From: a virus
Lineage: Duplodnaviria > Caudoviricetes
Direction: 5' to 3' (one strand)
Length of the DNA stretch: 36,786 bases
Virus record (IMG/VR): IMGVR_UViG_3300012940_000056
Location: 1 to 36,786 of that record
Below, piece by piece: positions 25,554 through 35,800 of the stretch; the first letter of the stretch is position 1; the number at the start of each line of letters is the position of its first letter. The notes under the pieces are model-generated. The model saw only the letters and a program-made list of their open reading frames with translations, was not told where the DNA came from and searched no databases. Made by a program: the position numbers and the translations under genes.

Positions 25554-25961
25554 ATGATGGAGTACATCGAGAAAGCAGTAGCAGGTGCCAAGAATCTGAT
25601 CCCTCCCGCCGATGGCGCATCCGAGAAACACGTGAAGCGCTGGCGGATGTGGATCGCAGCGGCGACCTTTCTCAACGCACTCGGACTGTCCGCGCACATC
25701 GCACTCGCGTGCGGGTTCGCGGCACCGTTTTATTCGGGCTTCGCGCAAGCCGGTGAGTTGGCGGCGTTGAAGACCGAGTTGCAGTCGCGGCGAGTGAAGG
25801 AGTTGAACACGCTGCTGCTGGACACGAAGGCGAAGCAGTGCAGTTCGAGCGGCGACGCTTGGCGCATCTACTACAACGCCTACAACGATCTGCGATCGGA
25901 ATACTTTCAGCTTACGAAGCGAGAGTTCCCCGATACGCCTTGCGACAACTTCAAGGGGTAA
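25554..25961 (+). CDS. hypothetical membrane-anchored protein (lysis-cassette associated?)
   Basis: GAGG RBS; one hydrophobic segment followed by a coiled coil and two Cys. Confidence 0.6.
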   Translation: MMEYIEKAVAGAKNLIPPADGASEKHVKRWRMWIAAATFLNALGLSAHIALACGFAAPFYSGFAQAGELAALKTELQSRRVKELNTLLLDTKAKQCSSSGDAWRIYYNAYNDLRSEYFQLTKREFPDTPCDNFKG

Positions 25962-25988
25962 ATGCAATGGGCAAGTTTGTGAGGACGA

Positions 25989-26489
25989 ATGCGAAGAGCA
26001 CTCGACATTGACGAGCAAGATCATCAACCGCAAGCCGAACGGAAAGCCGTACTGAAGCGGGACTTCTTCGTGCAGGAGCCCGCGATGGTCCTGCACAAGT
26101 TCCTGTACGACCGCATCGGTCTGCCGTGGAGCGTGGACTTTCGCGCGCTCGGTCGAGTCGTCGATGGCAAGCTCATCGGAGTGGTGGGGTACGAAGGATT
26201 CAATGGCAAGTCGTGTCGCATGCACATGGCGGGAGAACCGGGATGGATCAATCGCGAGTTCGTGCGACTCGCGTTCCGCTATCCATTCCACATTCTCGAC
26301 TTGCCGATGGTGTTCGGAGTGGTGCCTAGCGGAAACACCACAGCGTTGGAGATCGATCGTCGGCTCGGCTTCAAAGAGCTGCTGAAGGTCGATGGAGCAC
26401 ACCCCGATGGTGCGCTCCACTTTCTACAACTGAAACGAGAAGATTGGCTGGAGTCGAAGTATGGGAAGCAAAGCGCCCGATCCGCCTGA
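25989..26489 (+). CDS. GNAT-family acetyltransferase-like protein
   Basis: GAGG RBS; F.YPF..L....V.G.V.S.N..AL....RLGF..; precedes the ejection proteins, as T7 gp13-like genes do. Confidence 0.8.
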   Translation: MRRALDIDEQDHQPQAERKAVLKRDFFVQEPAMVLHKFLYDRIGLPWSVDFRALGRVVDGKLIGVVGYEGFNGKSCRMHMAGEPGWINREFVRLAFRYPFHILDLPMVFGVVPSGNTTALEIDRRLGFKELLKVDGAHPDGALHFLQLKREDWLESKYGKQSARSA

Positions 26490-27714
26490 CCTTGGGCCAT
26501 TGGCCGAAGGGTCTGCCGAGTCAGCGCGTATTGCGCAAGAGACTGCATTGGAGCAGCTTGCGTGGGCGCGTGAGCAGGATAGTCTCAACCGACAGTTACT
26601 CGATCGTGTGCTCGCTTCGCAAGAAGAAGTGCAGGACGAGACGCTGGCGAACGCGCGCCGCGACCGCGAGCGCTACGAAGACATCTACCAGCCGCTCGAA
26701 GACAATCTCGTTCAGGAGTTCCAGAACTACGACACGCCGGAGCGCCGTCAGGAAGAACGGGGCCGTGCGATTGCCGATGTCAACACGAGCTTCGATGCAG
26801 CTCGGCGCAACGCACTTCAGCGGCTGGAATCCTACGGCGTCGATCCAAGCCAGACCCGCAACGCTGCGCTCGATATCGGCATGCGTACACAGCAAGCCGC
26901 TGCCGCTGCCGGTGCCGCCTCCGCTGCCGATCGTGCGACGGAACAGACGGGCCGCGCACTGCGCGCCGAAGCGCTCAACATCGGCAAGGGCTATCCGTCG
27001 AACGTCGCAGGCTCGTACGGTCAGTCGATCGCCGCTGGCAACTCGATGGTCGGCAATGCGAACCAGACAACGGCCACCAGCGGCAACGCGATGCAGGGGG
27101 CAGGCGGCTACCTGAACACTGCGATCTCTGGCTTCGGTCAGGGTGCCAACATCATGTCGCAGGGCTACCAGAACCAGATGCAGCAGTACAACGCGAACCA
27201 GCAATCGTCGACGGGCGCACTCGCTGCGATCGGTGGACTGGCTGGTATGTTCATGGCAGATGGCGGATCGCCGAAGCGTAAGGCCCTCACGCTCGACAAC
27301 GACACCGGCGAAGTGGTGTATGAGTCGCAGCCGGGCCTCATCGACTATGGCGAGGGCGATGGCTCCGGCATCGACGATCAGGTGCCGATCATGGCTTCGA
27401 CGGAGGAATACATCATCCCCGCCGACGTTGTGCGAGCGAAGGGCGTAGAGTTCTTCGACAAGCTCGTCGCGAAATACCACACGCCTGCTGAAGAGCAGCG
27501 CGAGGACATGCACACGCAGAACGTGCGCGAGGGCAAGGCGCTCAACCCCACGCCGAAAGCAAACGGCGGCTTCGCAGGTGCGATGGGTCGCGCGATGACG
27601 CCGACGATCAAGCGCGGCATTCAGCAGGCGAACCCGCGTCCTGTGATGAACGTGAACCCGGCGCTGATGCGCGGTGCACCGCGCCAGCCACAGCGTCGTG
27701 CACTGATGTACTAA
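26461..27714 (+). CDS. internal virion / DNA ejection protein (417 aa)
   Basis: MGSKAP.PPD start, Ala/Gln/Gly-rich helices, Gly-rich hydrophobic segment, then MADGG...G.GDG..DD.VP...S..EYIIPADVV. Confidence 0.7.
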   Translation: MGSKAPDPPDLGPLAEGSAESARIAQETALEQLAWAREQDSLNRQLLDRVLASQEEVQDETLANARRDRERYEDIYQPLEDNLVQEFQNYDTPERRQEERGRAIADVNTSFDAARRNALQRLESYGVDPSQTRNAALDIGMRTQQAAAAAGAASAADRATEQTGRALRAEALNIGKGYPSNVAGSYGQSIAAGNSMVGNANQTTATSGNAMQGAGGYLNTAISGFGQGANIMSQGYQNQMQQYNANQQSSTGALAAIGGLAGMFMADGGSPKRKALTLDNDTGEVVYESQPGLIDYGEGDGSGIDDQVPIMASTEEYIIPADVVRAKGVEFFDKLVAKYHTPAEEQREDMHTQNVREGKALNPTPKANGGFAGAMGRAMTPTIKRGIQQANPRPVMNVNPALMRGAPRQPQRRALMY

Positions 27715-27724
27715 GGACAAGAAC

Positions 27725-29863
27725 ATGGCCGACTACTCGCAACTCGTGAAGGGCTTCCAGCAGGGCTCCGATTGGGCGCAGCGTTTCCGCGCCAATCGGC
27801 AGCTCGAGCGTGCGCGCGATCAGGCGCTGGAGCGCGGCGAGTACGATCTCGAATCTCAGCGCGCCTTCCGCAAGACGACGAATCCCGATGCGGCCGAAGT
27901 GTTGGGAGAGGATTACGCCGCTGGCAACTCCGACTGGAGCGGCCAGCTCGAAGACCCGTTCGCCTACAAGCTCTTCGACTGGTTCAAGAAGAAGTTCAGC
28001 AAGAAGGGCGGCAAGCGCAAGGCGCTTGATCTCGGCGGTGATAGTGAGTACCAGTCGTCGAATCCCGGCGACAGCGGCGACACCGAAGAGGAAGAGATCA
28101 GTGAAGCGCAGACCTTCCCCTACGATCCCGGCTACGCAGACGGCGGCACCATCGCGAAGACGATGGAAGATGCGCGCGGCTCCACGCAAGCCTTCGCATC
28201 TCAGGCTTCGGCTGTTCCAACGACGACTGTGCAGGCGGGCGGTTCGCGGCCGATGCCAAGCGTCACGGGCATTGTCGATACCGGACAGGGCTACGCCGAT
28301 GGCGGTAGCGTCTCCGAGGAAGAAAAGATTCGCGAGCGTGCTCGTCAGAATCGTGCGCGCAATGCTGGTCGTGTTGAGAATGCGACGAAGACTGTGCGCG
28401 GCGCGGATCGTACGGCGCGGGCAGCCTCCGGCCGTCGTGCGCTTGACGTGGCCGACGATGCAGTAGGTAAGTTCACCGGCCGCGCCCCGAAAGACGCAGG
28501 TCTCTTGCGCAAAGCCGGTGCCGGTGCGAAACGTGCAGGTGCTCTCGGTGCGCTCGTCGGTACGGGTATCGAGACTGCGCTCACGCCGACTGAGCAGTAC
28601 CGCGAGCGCTTCGGACTGGAGACAGATGATCCGAGTCTTCTCGGTGACATCGGTGTGCGTGCGCTCGGTGCCGCGAGCGATCTCGGCAACGTGCTCACGT
28701 TCGGCGCGGCCGGCAAGCTCTATCGTGACAAGCAGCGGCTCGCCGCCGAGCAGGGTCAGCCGGCTGCGGTTGCTCCTGAGCAGGCACTGCCGCTCGACGA
28801 TGCGTTCCCGCAGCAAGGTGGCGGCGTGCAGCGTATGTCACTCGATACCACAACGATCCGTGCGCGTCCGTCGCGTTCAGCACCTGCTGTGAGCACCGAT
28901 CCCGAGATGGCGAACTTCGGCGACATCGACATCGATGCGAACGAAGTCCCTGACATGAAGACCGATGACTGGAAGCGCTACCGCGCAGAGATGATCGCGG
29001 CTGCGCAGAAGTCCGGCGATCCCGCTGCCGTCTCCCGTGTGAACGACATGGTGACGGAGATGCAGATGAAGGGCTTCCTCAACTACGGTCAGCAGGGGCT
29101 CGCGCTCCAGCAGGCGGGCAACATCCGTGGCGCGATGGCGGCGTACCGTGCGGCATTCCAATACTTCCCGAACGGCAACGACGTGGAGTTCGGCACGAGC
29201 AAAAATCGTCGCACGGGTCGCACGCAGATCGTCGGCTTCGGCAAGGATGAGAAGACCGGCAAGGTCGTGCCCGGCACGGAGCTGATCATGGACCCCGAGC
29301 GCGTGGGCGTGCTGCTGGAGAACTTCCGCAACCCGCAAGCCTTCCGTATGTGGACGAAGGATTGGCGCGACTTCCAGTTTGGCGAGCGCAAGTACGAAGA
29401 GGTCACGAAGCCGCTCGCACAGGCGCAGGCCGACTCGCTCGCCAACACGAGCGAAGCGCGCATCCTCGCCGCCGAGAATCAGGCGCTGCGCGCGCGCGCG
29501 GCGGGCGGAGCCGGTGGCGCGGCGAACCTGCGCAACGCGGAGCGGGTGTTCCGCGAGCGCTTGTCGATGATGGCGCTCGAAGACGATGCGCAGTCCGACT
29601 ACCTCGCGTCGATCATGTCGCAGATCAAGGTGGCGAATCCCGGCGTGCCCGACAACACGATCATGCAGGTCGTGATGCAGGCGGTGCGCGACGGCACACT
29701 CGAACAGCGGCTGCAACGCATGGGTATCGGTGCGCCAGCGCAGCGGGCTCCGGTCATGGTCGATGAGATGCCGCCCGGTGTCGATCCCGAAGCGTGGAAC
29801 GATCCCGAGGTCGCAGCGCTCCCGTATGATGAGAGGGTCGCAGTCTCCACACCAGCGCGGTAA
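27725..29863 (+). CDS. internal virion / DNA ejection protein (712 aa)
   Basis: AAGGA RBS; position; helical low-complexity composition; two YADGG motifs. Confidence 0.7.
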   Translation: MADYSQLVKGFQQGSDWAQRFRANRQLERARDQALERGEYDLESQRAFRKTTNPDAAEVLGEDYAAGNSDWSGQLEDPFAYKLFDWFKKKFSKKGGKRKALDLGGDSEYQSSNPGDSGDTEEEEISEAQTFPYDPGYADGGTIAKTMEDARGSTQAFASQASAVPTTTVQAGGSRPMPSVTGIVDTGQGYADGGSVSEEEKIRERARQNRARNAGRVENATKTVRGADRTARAASGRRALDVADDAVGKFTGRAPKDAGLLRKAGAGAKRAGALGALVGTGIETALTPTEQYRERFGLETDDPSLLGDIGVRALGAASDLGNVLTFGAAGKLYRDKQRLAAEQGQPAAVAPEQALPLDDAFPQQGGGVQRMSLDTTTIRARPSRSAPAVSTDPEMANFGDIDIDANEVPDMKTDDWKRYRAEMIAAAQKSGDPAAVSRVNDMVTEMQMKGFLNYGQQGLALQQAGNIRGAMAAYRAAFQYFPNGNDVEFGTSKNRRTGRTQIVGFGKDEKTGKVVPGTELIMDPERVGVLLENFRNPQAFRMWTKDWRDFQFGERKYEEVTKPLAQAQADSLANTSEARILAAENQALRARAAGGAGGAANLRNAERVFRERLSMMALEDDAQSDYLASIMSQIKVANPGVPDNTIMQVVMQAVRDGTLEQRLQRMGIGAPAQRAPVMVDEMPPGVDPEAWNDPEVAALPYDERVAVSTPAR

Positions 29864-29866
29864 AGC

Positions 29867-32800
29867 ATGGCTACCTTCGAAGAGCTGTTCCCTGATCAGC
29901 CGCAAGAGCCGTTCGTTCCGATCGAGACGGGCCGCGTGGACCCACAACTGCGGGCGGCTCGCGCTCGCGCGCGGACGGCGATCGACGTTTCCGGCGTTTC
30001 TGACGGTGGATTCGGCGATGCGTTCGGCGACCTGATCACGCAGGCCCCGAGCGCTCCAGACACAGGTGGGGAAGTTTCAGCAGGCGATTATGGAAAGGCG
30101 GCGATCGGCGGCGTCGGTCAGCTTGGTCAGGCCGCAGCCGGTGCCGGGGAATACTTCGCGGGCCGGATCGCGGGCGAGCGCAACACGCCTTTCGAGCAGG
30201 CGTTCGGGGACCTCGCGAACACCTTCACTGGCGGTCGGCGCGCGGCTGGTGAGTTCGCGCAGAGCTGGTTTGACAGCATGAGTCCGGAAGCTCAGGCCCG
30301 CGCCGCACGCGAGGTCCTGACGCTCGACCCGAACAAGACTATCTGGCAGGGCGGCCCCGGCGAGTTCCTGTCGAGCGTCGGCCTGAAGATGGCGCAGTCC
30401 GCGCCGAGCACCCTCGTGACCCTGCTGCCGGGTACTCTGATCATGCGCGCGGGCGTGGGCAAGGGAGCCATCGCGTATTTGGGCGCGTCCGAAGGCGGGC
30501 TCAGTCTCGGCTCCATCGCTGCCAACATCGCCGAGGAAGTCGAGCAGGCCCCGGAAGCCGAGCTGATGCAGTCGCCACGCTACCAGCAGCTCCGGCAGCA
30601 GATGGGCGAAGCACAGGCCCGTCAGGCGCTCATCCGCGAGGCGCAGGGGTATGCGCCCGTCATCGGCGGACTCGTCGTAGGCGCGATCTCCGCCGCCGCA
30701 GGACGCTATCTGGAGCCGGTCTTCGCCGACAAGGCGGGCGGGCTTCTTACACGCTTCGGGCGCGGCTTCACGAGTGAGGCGGCGCAGGAATCGGGACAGT
30801 CTGGTGCGGAGCAGGTCGCCCAAAACGTAGCCGCCCAAGTTTTCGACACGTCGCGCGGCACGTTCGAGGGTGTCCCCGAGTCGATGACTCAGGGGGCGCT
30901 CATTGGCGGCGCAATGGGGGGCACGACGCTCGCCGCAGTGGGACCTCGACCACAGCCCCGGACAGCGATCCCGACCGGCGAGGTCACGCCCACGCCGCCA
31001 GCGGGTCCCTCGCCTGTGGAGTCCGCGCCCGAGCCTTTCCAGCGCGTGTTCCGAGAACAGCAGCCCCCTCCGGGCGGCTGGCGCGGCGGCGACATCGAGA
31101 ACGCCAACCTGCCGGACATCGACTCGGCCGGGCAGCGGCTGATCAGCGCCGGCCCGGTGGACCCGGCGATTCAGGCCGCGCTCAACGCACGTGCTGAGAA
31201 TCTGATTCAGGACATGTTCGAGCAGCCGGGGCCGACCCCGCAGCAAGAACAGGCGGCGTACCTCCAGCGTCCGTGGCCGGTCCAGCAGACCGAGATGGAG
31301 CTGCCGCAGGCTCAGACCGGGATGGTCCCGAGCGGCCCGCCCTCCCAACTCCCGTTGGGAATCCGTGAGCGCGTCCGGGGCGGACCCCCCGTCACGATCG
31401 AGCCCACTCCGGCGCAGCCGCTCGTCGAGGACACGTCGGCACCGGCTGGCTTCTCGCAGGAACGTCTCCCGACTGGCGATCTAGTTGCGGGCCGTCGCCC
31501 GACGCGCGCCGACTTCATGCGCGCTCGCGCCGAGCAGCAGCGCGGTGAGATGTATCGCGGCACCGTGCGCGATCCGCGCCAGCAGGACATGTTCGATCAG
31601 CCGCAGCTCATGGCCGACGAACCGAGTGCGGAGCCGATTGGCGATCTCAACGCACAGCTTCAGGACCTCGCCGATCCTGACAGCACACGATTGGGTGTTT
31701 ATCTCTCGCCCGCGAATATGCAACAGATCGGTGACGTGCCGACTGTTGGTGTGCCGCTCGCCAACTTCGACGGGAAGGGGGGCACGCTCATCGCGAAGAA
31801 TCGCAAGGTGGCCGAAGAGCTGCTGGCGATGCGCGATCAGGGCGTTGCCGACATGCAGGAAATTCTCGGCCTCGCGACGGGGGCCGGTGGAGGTAAGCCG
31901 CTTGGTGCCGACATTGCAGTTCAGCAGCGCGATGAGCAAGGCAACGTCGTACGCGAATCGCTTGTGGCGTCGCCTGAAGAGGCGGATGCACTGGCATCGC
32001 AATTCGATGAGCCGGGCCGCGAGGGAGTAATTCTCTCCGCTGGCATGGCGATCAAGCGTCGTGCTCAGCGCATTGCTGCCGAACAGCAGGCCACTCGCCA
32101 GCGCGACATCGAGAAGAAGGCACGGCGTGGCGTCGAGGATGTCGGCGTTACCGATGCGACGCTGGAATCGGATGCGAAGAACATCGCCGTCCGCTACCAG
32201 ACGCTGAAGACGCAGCTCGAAGAGGCGGAGAAGGCGCAGAGCGATGCGCCGACGAAGGCGGAGCGCTTCAAGGCGCGCACTACTGCCGGTCGCATCCGTG
32301 GCGAGATGGGTCGGCTGCGTGAAGCGGCCGAAGCCGAAGCGCGCCGCGTGCGACCGAAGCAGCACTTCGAGGACACGCGCAAGTCACTCGAAGAGATGAC
32401 CGACGAACAGATCGACAAGCTGCCCGATGAACAGCTCGAAGAGTTGTTCCGTGAGGCGGCAAATGTTGCGTCGGGCTCGCGCGTGAAGCGCACGGCCACG
32501 AAGGATGAGACTCGCGAAGTCGCCGAGGCAGATGCTTCGACGACATTCACTCCGCATGGCAAGACGATCGAAGAGATCATCGCCGCGCACCCGGCGCGCT
32601 CGCAGAAGCTGAAGCTCATCGGCCGCGTGAAGCGGATGCTCCGTCGCCGTGCGATGGGCGGCAAGACGAAGACAGCACCGATCACCGGCAAGGCTGGCTT
32701 GCGCAAGGGTGTCGCCGGCAGTGAGCCGACGCCGGTTCGCAAGAGCGAGCTGCGGCCGACGAAGGCGCTCGACATCGAGCCGCCACGCGAGATGTCGTCC

Positions 32801-35800
32801 ACCGAGCGCGCGAAGCACAACGCGCGCGTCCGCAAGGTCTACAACACGCTCGATAAGCGTGTTCAGGCGTTTGCCACACGTGCTGAGGAACTGAACCAGC
32901 AGCTCGCGCAGCAGTCCGAGGCGCGCGAGGCCGACGGCAATCCGCCGCAGTCAGCGCGCGATGCGATTTACGGTCGCGCGTACCTCAACACGCTGATGCG
33001 TTATGGGCAGATGCTCCAAGCGCTGCGTCCGCGCTCCACTGCCGGTCTGAAGGAAGTCGAGCGCTTCAACGCACTCGCCGATAAGCTGCTCGATGCGAAG
33101 CCTGAGAAGTTCCTCAAGAATCTCGCCACTGCCACGATGGCGGAGTCGGATATTCAAGCGCGCACCGCAGGCAAGGCAGCGTTAAGGATCGATCCCGGCG
33201 CGTTGAAATTGATGGGTTCCCGTCGCCAGCGCATTGCACATGCATTGGAGTCCACGGCCAACCTGCGTGAGAAGATCGCGCGGGCGAAGCGCTTGCACGA
33301 CGTGTGGCACAAGAACGCGAAGTTTGAACAGCACGTCGCGCCACTGATGCAGAAGCTCATCGGTTATGTGACGCATGACACGTCGCTCGCGAACATCACG
33401 AGTGAACGGCGCGGGCTTGGCTACGTGCCGACCTTCAACGAGATGCGGAATCTCCGCTACGCGCTCCGCGACTTCAAGCAGACGGACAAGGAACAGCTCT
33501 ACAAGCCGCTGAAGCGCTGGTTCGAAGAGTACGGCTACAAGTTCGACGAGAACGGCGACCTCGTGCTGGCGAAGAACGCAGCACAGTTCGACTACATGCA
33601 GCCCGATAAGTTGCTGGAGAACGACCGCAATGCGTTCCGCAACGCGCCGCTGAACTACAACCAGAAGGTCGCTGCCGAGAAGGCGCGCAAGCTGAAGGCG
33701 ATGATGGATAAGGAGCGCGCACGTCGCGCTGCTCTCACGCCTGCGCAGCGCCGCCGCGAAGACCTGACGCTCGCCAACCGCATCGAAGCTGATCGCCGTA
33801 AGGGCATGAGCTATGAGCAGCGTAAGGCGCTCGAAGCGCTCGACCGTCGCGGGCTGAATCTGGAGCTGATGGACCTCAACAACGATATCCCGTCGCTCCG
33901 TCGTGCTGCTGAGGCCATCGCTGCCGTGATGGAGGATCAGTCGTCGGTGGCGCGCGGCACTGAGATTCTGCGGAAGATCGCAGCGACGCTACCCGACAAC
34001 CACCCGTATCAACCGCTCGTGCAGCGACTGATCGCGCTCAACATGGATGATCTCATCGTGGGATGGGATCGCAGCGGCAAGCTCACGCCGAATGCGTTCG
34101 CCAACTACAAAGAGCAGCGCGATCCGACCGGCGAAGTGAATCGTGTAATCCGCTTCAACCGGCCGAAGTTCGAAGAACTTCGTGCGGCGGGACAGGACCC
34201 GTCGCAGTTCTTCGTTCACGCGATGTTGCATGAGATGGTCCACGCGGCGACAGCCGGTGCCATCAAGAACAACCCGCGCGTGAAGGCCGCGATGTGGGCC
34301 ATCATGCGTCACGCTCGTCAGGCAGCGAAGGACCAGAACATTACACTGATCCAAGGACTGACGAAGGCCGGTGATCTCGTCGAGTTCTATGGTTTCCGTG
34401 ACAACAGCGTCGATGAGTTCGTCGCCGAAGCGTTCACTAATCAGCAGTTCCAGAACAAGCTGCGCGAGATCAAGCTGGAGCCGAACCGCACGGTGTGGCA
34501 GGCGATCCTTGATCTCGTCAAGCGCTTGCTCGGGATGGAGAACACTCCGCAAGCCGACAACGTGCTCGATGCCGTGCTGGCGACGACGGATAAGCTCTTC
34601 ACCGGCGAGCTGCAACTCACGCGCGGTGCGGAGCGTACGCTCGACATCAAAGATACCGGCGTTGTGCAGTCGATCGCCAACACGATCGATAAGGTGATGC
34701 AGTCTTCCCGCGTGACTCGCGATCTGCGCGAGCGCGCCAAGAACACGATCGAAGGCAGCAAGGAGGGCGGCTCCCGCTTCCTGTTGTCAGCGCTCACGAT
34801 GGAGCAGATTCGCGATTTCTACTCGAATAACTTCGGTGGCGGTCGAGGACCACTCAGCGAGTACATGAAGGCGTTCTTCCAGCGCAACGCGGACAACTCC
34901 GCGAACATGGAGCAAGCCGACAAGCTCTCCCGCCGCTGGACCGCACTCGTGGAGGAACATGGGCAGGAAGAGGGCCTGAAGCTCTCGCGCCTGATGACCG
35001 AGGCGACGCTGTACGGCATCCACCCGGACGAACCGTTACAGTCGGAGGCAAACAAGCACGTCACGTCGGTCCCGCAGAAGCAGCGGCACGCGGACCTTGC
35101 AAAGCGCTACCGCGCGCTCAACGGTGATTTCCGCAAGCTGTATCACGACGTGGCTGCCTTCTATGACGAGTCCCTGCGTCGCGAGGTCAACCTCATGACG
35201 CTGAATGCTCTGCGCGCTACAGTCGAAGGAGACTTCAACTACACCGAAGAAGATGTGACTCGCAAGAAGCTGAACACCATCGCGGGTATGGAGAAGGAGT
35301 TCGGTGATCGACTCGGGGACAACGAGCGCAAGATCATCGCTCGGCTCGCACGCCTGCCAGACATGCGCGTCGGGCCTTACTTCCCGCTGATGCGGTTCGG
35401 CGATTACGTCGTCACTGCCGAGAAGGTGAAGGAGCGCAAGCACTTCGATGACAAGCGCGCCGCGCTCGACTATGCACAGGAGCAGCGCGAGAACGACCCG
35501 ACTCTCTCAGTCAGCTCGCCGGTCGAAGATGATGGCGGCTGGTTCGTGACTGTGAAGGAGAAGGAAGTTCGGATGGCAGAAACGCCCTCCGAAGCCGAAC
35601 AGAACCGTCAGGACATGATCGGTGAATATGGTGTGGATAACGTCTCCCAAGTGCAGTTGAAAGCGCAGCTCTACTCACGTGGAGCAACGATCGACTCCAA
35701 CTCGGGGCTGAAGACGATCCTCAACAAGCTGGACGGCAACCCTGCCGCGCAGGCAGCGATCAAGGACTTCTATCTTCGTGCTCTGAGCGACGGAGCCTTC

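Noticed and set aside
29485-29505. (CG)n run
   Set aside because: Simply encodes LRARAA in a high-GC gene.
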